Part shown: positions 60,201 to 64,000 of the stretch, piece after piece
How the letters are laid out: each line of letters begins with the position of its first letter
How positions within the stretch are numbered: the stretch's first letter is position 1
NCBI GenBank assembly: GCA_010909165.1
Contig: VJWM01000068.1
Coordinates: 620,001 to 684,000, forward strand
Direction of reading: 5' to 3'
Length of the DNA: 64,000 nt
DNA from: Anthoceros angustus
Lineage: Eukaryota > Plantae > Anthocerotophyta
Translations under genes and position numbers: made by a program
The notes under the pieces: model-generated
The model's input: the letters and a program-made list of their open reading frames with translations, nothing else
What the model was told of the DNA's origin: nothing
The model's database searches: none

Positions 60201-62261
60201 GCAAACAAATGTAACAGAATTGGGTAAGGAGACGCCTTCTTCCAGCATAATCTGGTACATACAAAGGGCTTCCTGACCCCTGCCCTGCTGTGCATACCCT
60301 GCCATTAGAGCAGTCCACGTCACCACATCTTTTTCATCAAGTCCATCGAACAACTTTTGGGCATCTCCCAAACTGCCACACTTTGCATACATGTTAACCA
60401 AACTGTTGGCTACAAGCACATCAGCTTCATGCCCTCGTTCTCTAATCTCTGTGTGAAGCTCCTTCCCCGTCTCCAAAGCCTGGGTGCCCATATTTGCACA
60501 TGCCTGCAAGAGGCTCACAAATGTCAATGAATCAGGTTTAGCTATACCTTCTTCTTGCATATCTCTGTAAAGACAAAGAGCTTCCCGCCCCATGCTGTGG
60601 TGGGAGTATGCTGATATCATAGCATTCCATGTTACTACATCTCTGCTACCAAGTTCTTCAAACACTCTCTTAGCGTCCTCTATGCTGCCACACTTTGCAT
60701 ACATGCTGACCAAACTGCTTGCTACATAGAGGTCACCTTGATGTCCTTGTTCCCTAATTTGCACATGAAGCTCCTTCCCCTTCTCAAAAGCTGAGACGCC
60801 CACATTTGCACATGCCTGCAGAAGACACACAAACGTTACAGAATTCGGGACAGCCGTGCCTTCATGTTTCATAGCACTGTAAAGACAAAGGGCCTCCTGG
60901 CCCATGCCCTGCTGGGAATACCCTGCAATTAGCGCAGTCCACGTAACCACGTCTTTTTTGTCAAGTCCGTTAAACACTCTTTGTGCATCTTCCACGCTGC
61001 CACACTTTGCATACATGTCCACCAAACTGCTGGCTACAAACATGTCAGCTTGATGTCCTTGTTCACTAATTTGTGTATGAAGTTGCTTTCCCTTCTCCAA
61101 TGCCAGGGTGCCCACACTTGCACATGCCTGCAGGAGGCATACGAATGTGACAGAATTGGGTACAGCGATGCCTTCCTTTTGCATCCCACTGTACAGATGA
61201 AGGGCTTTTTGGCCCATGCCTTGCTGAGAATAGCCTGCAATTAGGGCAGTCCAAGTCACTACATCTTTCTGATCAAGTCCTTCGAACACTCTTTCAGCAT
61301 CCTCAATGCTTCCACACTTTGCGTACATGTTTACCAAACTGTTTGCGACAAATACGTCACATAGGTGTCCATGTTGTCTAATTTGCATATGAAGCTCCTT
61401 CCCTTCGTGCAACGCCTTGGTGCCAACACTCGCACATGCCTGCAGGAGGCACACAAACGTCACGCAATTAGGGGCAACAATGCCTTCTTCTTGCATACAA
61501 CGATAGAGGCGAAGGGCTTCATGCCCCAAGCGTTGCTGTGCATACCCCGCAATCATGGCATTCCAAGTTACTACATTTCTTTGACCAAGTCCATCAAAGA
61601 CTCTTTGAGCAACCTCCAAGCTGCCACACTTGGCATACATATCCACCAAGGCACTGCACACAAACAAATCAAGCTGAAAGCCACTGGCCACCACATCAGC
61701 ATGCACCTGCTGCCCAGTTTTCAGGTCTGGTCCCCTTGCACAAGCCTGAAGGGCAGCGACAAAAACATGACCATCCGGCTTCACACTTGACCTGCGCATC
61801 CGATGATACAGTTCTATGGCCTGCTTGTCTTGTCCATGTGTAACATGCGCAGAAATTATGGAAGACCACATGAAGGCATCTGGGTTGGCAACCATGGTGA
61901 ACACATCCATCGCCTGCTGCAATCTGCCATTCAAAGCATACATTCGCAGAATGTGGTTGCACAGGAACGTGTCTGATTGATAGCCTTGTTTCACGGCGAA
62001 GGCATGGACGCGGCGACCCAGAACAAGATCCTTCTTGTCTGCACAATTCTTCAGGACAGTATAAAAGAGGGATTTCGAAATGCCACAGTCTGTCTGGACC
62101 AGAATTCCCAATGCCTCAACAGCACTCGTGAGATGGCCCTGACGATACAGGCTGTTCACGGTTTCACCCGTTACGCCCCTTTCGAGTCCTGCAGGCCTCC
62201 CAACCTCAGAATCATCCCACAGGCTGCAGTTGGAGTTCAACAACCACCGACGCACTTCCAT
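57227..62261 (-). CDS. PLS-class PPR RNA-editing factor, paralog of 49418-54984 (E plus truncated WW-type DYW). Frameshifted by a 3-triplet duplication; ~1367 aa when de-duplicated.
   Basis: Same triplets and N-terminus (GRPAGLERGVTGETV...AVEALGILVQ), HFTCMVDLLGRAG, PGQSWWTDMDGLVHSFLVGD. First in-frame ATG is at 62261. Confidence 0.92.
58551..60417. repeat. Tandem duplication of 3 PLS triplets (58551-59483 / 59484-60417)
   Basis: Periods are 933 and 934 bp against an ideal 936. The differences are almost all 1-nt homopolymer losses. Confidence 0.95.
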
Positions 62262-62583
62262 ATCCAGGGCAACCACTTTCGCCTTCACCTGGGAGGGTTG
62301 GGTTTTCTTCCCCCGCACTCATCATTTGACAGGAACAAGCACAGTTCACTCTGCCTCAGGCTACTACTCGAGCCGGAGGTGGTAGACGACACATTTGACC
62401 ATGCAATTCTATGGCTCTGATCATCAGCCTTGGCTCCACGGACATAAGGCTGTGGTACACTTTGAAATGAGTTTTATGATGATGCTCGGGGGAGCGCACA
62501 TCAATCACTTCGCTTGATCCAACGCCAACGATCCTACCCAGAATTTCTCAAACCATGCACAAACACACAAGCTATCAGCTCAT

Positions 62584-62840
62584 CCAAATGTGTGTCCAAA
62601 TGGCTTAGGCCTAATGGGGACACATTTATAAGAACGCCCTTATTAAGCATCTGCGTTTAGATCGGTACTTAGATGGGGTGCCCAAAGGGAGTGGATGCCC
62701 TTGTGCAAGTAGCTCAGGCACACCATACCATGGTACAAGTTGTTAAGGCACACCATACCATGGTACAAGTTGTTAAGTAGCAAGTCCCGGGACAAGAAAA
62801 TTCCATCCAAGTGAACTATAATATACTTCTTCTTCTTCAT
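62584..62840 (+). mobile_element. 5S-rRNA-like dispersed repeat, copy D
   Basis: ccaaatggcttaggcc...agaacgcccttattaagcatctgcgtttagatcggtacttagatggggtgcccaaagggagtggatgccc...; contains an internal ~31-bp duplication. Confidence 0.7.
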
Positions 62841-62861
62841 CAAGAGCTCCTCGAACTACAC

Positions 62862-63035
62862 ATATACTAGTATGTGATCAAGGAGGAACATGAAGAGCGC
62901 TTTAGACATACATGTAGGCCCGTGATAGTAGATATTATTGGGGGCAACATATATACTAGTATGTAATCAAGGAGGAACATGAAGAGCGCTTTAGACATAC
63001 ATGTAGGCCCGTGATAGTAGATATTATTGGGGGCA
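62862..63035. repeat. Tandem duplication, 2 x ~89 bp
   Basis: atatactagtatgt(g/a)atcaaggaggaacatg...gatattattgggggca occurs twice. Confidence 0.9.
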
Positions 63036-64000
63036 TTAATAAGAAAACGTATGTATTGGCATACGTAGTGCACTTCACAATCAGATTGAGTCCTTGTGAG
63101 CTCGAAGGACATGTACTAGAAAGTAGTGCGCGGTGTAGTATGTGATTAACGTAATTATTTTGAGGTGAATGTTATCGAGAATAACCATACGTTGTTATGC
63201 ATTTATAAAACACGTAATTTTATTCGACACAAAAAGGAGATATAATCAAGGTAAAGGATATGTTCGCAAAGAAAATTACAATGAAGGCGAGAATTACAAT
63301 CGTAGATAGTTACAACCTCAAAAGGGTTAGGAATGATGTAACTTAAGCAGCAACGCGGAATGATGTAACTCCAGCATTACCTGACATTACTGTAGAATTT
63401 CCAAGAAAACAAATACTTCAAAAATTATTTCAACATGACATAACCGTAGAACTATCAAAAGTAAATACTCCAAAAAAGCATTCATAGCCATAAAAATCCC
63501 AAAAATAAGTACTCCCAAAAAACATTTCAAATCCAAAAATGGACATTAGTTTCAAGAGAAGTTAGTTAATACTTTTCAACTAGAACTTAAAAGTTAATTT
63601 AAACTATTCCTCTAGCAACTCCTTTAATGCAATGCATAAAAGTCTTTTGCACACATCAATAGTCACTGAGCAATATGATGTCTTTTGTTTAGGAGTTTCT
63701 TCAGCATCTCAGGCTTTCTTACAAAGACTTTCCAAAAGATCATCACATATCTTTTCATGAGTGAAATCATTTATCAACTCTTTGTGTAGTTGCCAATTAT
63801 GATGCTCCAACTTGTGTAAAAGCTCCGTACATTTGACTTTGTGTACTTGGATGGAGTCTTCATAATCCTTTTGGACACCATAATCGAATAAAACCTATTC
63901 TTGTGAGAGATGTAGCCTGCTGGATCATTGGATAAATCTTTGATGGGAATCTAAAAACCATTGGTGTTAGAAAACAAAAGTTCAAACTCAAAAGCCAATG

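Noticed and set aside
49764-62420. Many short antisense or alternate-frame ORFs over the PPR genes (and similarly over KCBP and the NLR)
   Set aside because: They are shadow frames of the real coding sequences.
44190-62840. 5S-like repeats as functional 5S rRNA genes
   Set aside because: The 5' third and the 3' end of 5S are missing, the copies are diverged from one another, and they are not in tandem.
63605-64000. Degraded minus-strand reading frame at the window end
   Set aside because: It contains stops, is cut by the window edge, and has no assignable family. Probably TE debris.

Overview
This is eukaryotic plant nuclear DNA: gene-dense, with mostly short (~70-150 bp) spliceosomal introns. 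A hornwort-like seed-free plant is inferred from PLS-PPR genes carrying the 'PGQSWWTD' WW-type DYW start, a flagellar-type MORN gene and the compact introns. The first ~7.4 kb is a decayed mosaic of RecQ1-helicase exon fragments, a duplicated 1.1-kb block, and retroelement and LRR remnants. Then come phytochelatin synthase (-), a Canopy/DUF3456 KDEL protein (+), a MORN protein (-), kinesin KCBP/ZWI (+), an AT74-like phosphoglycerate mutase (+), and an intronless BTB-SPRY gene (-) head-to-head with an intronless atypical NLR (+). After these are a coiled-coil/PHD gene with a U12 AT-AC intron (-), a RING-MIU E3 (-), a SAM methyltransferase (-), tRNA-Gly(CCC) plus a degenerate copy, and two convergent paralogous PLS-PPR genes whose internal duplications look like long-read misassembly. 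The best leads are: (1) a dispersed 5S-rRNA-derived repeat family, three copies of which lie next to tRNA or tRNA-like sequences; (2) the divergent NLR/BTB-SPRY pair sharing a W-box cluster. All family assignments come from recalled motifs; no searches were run.
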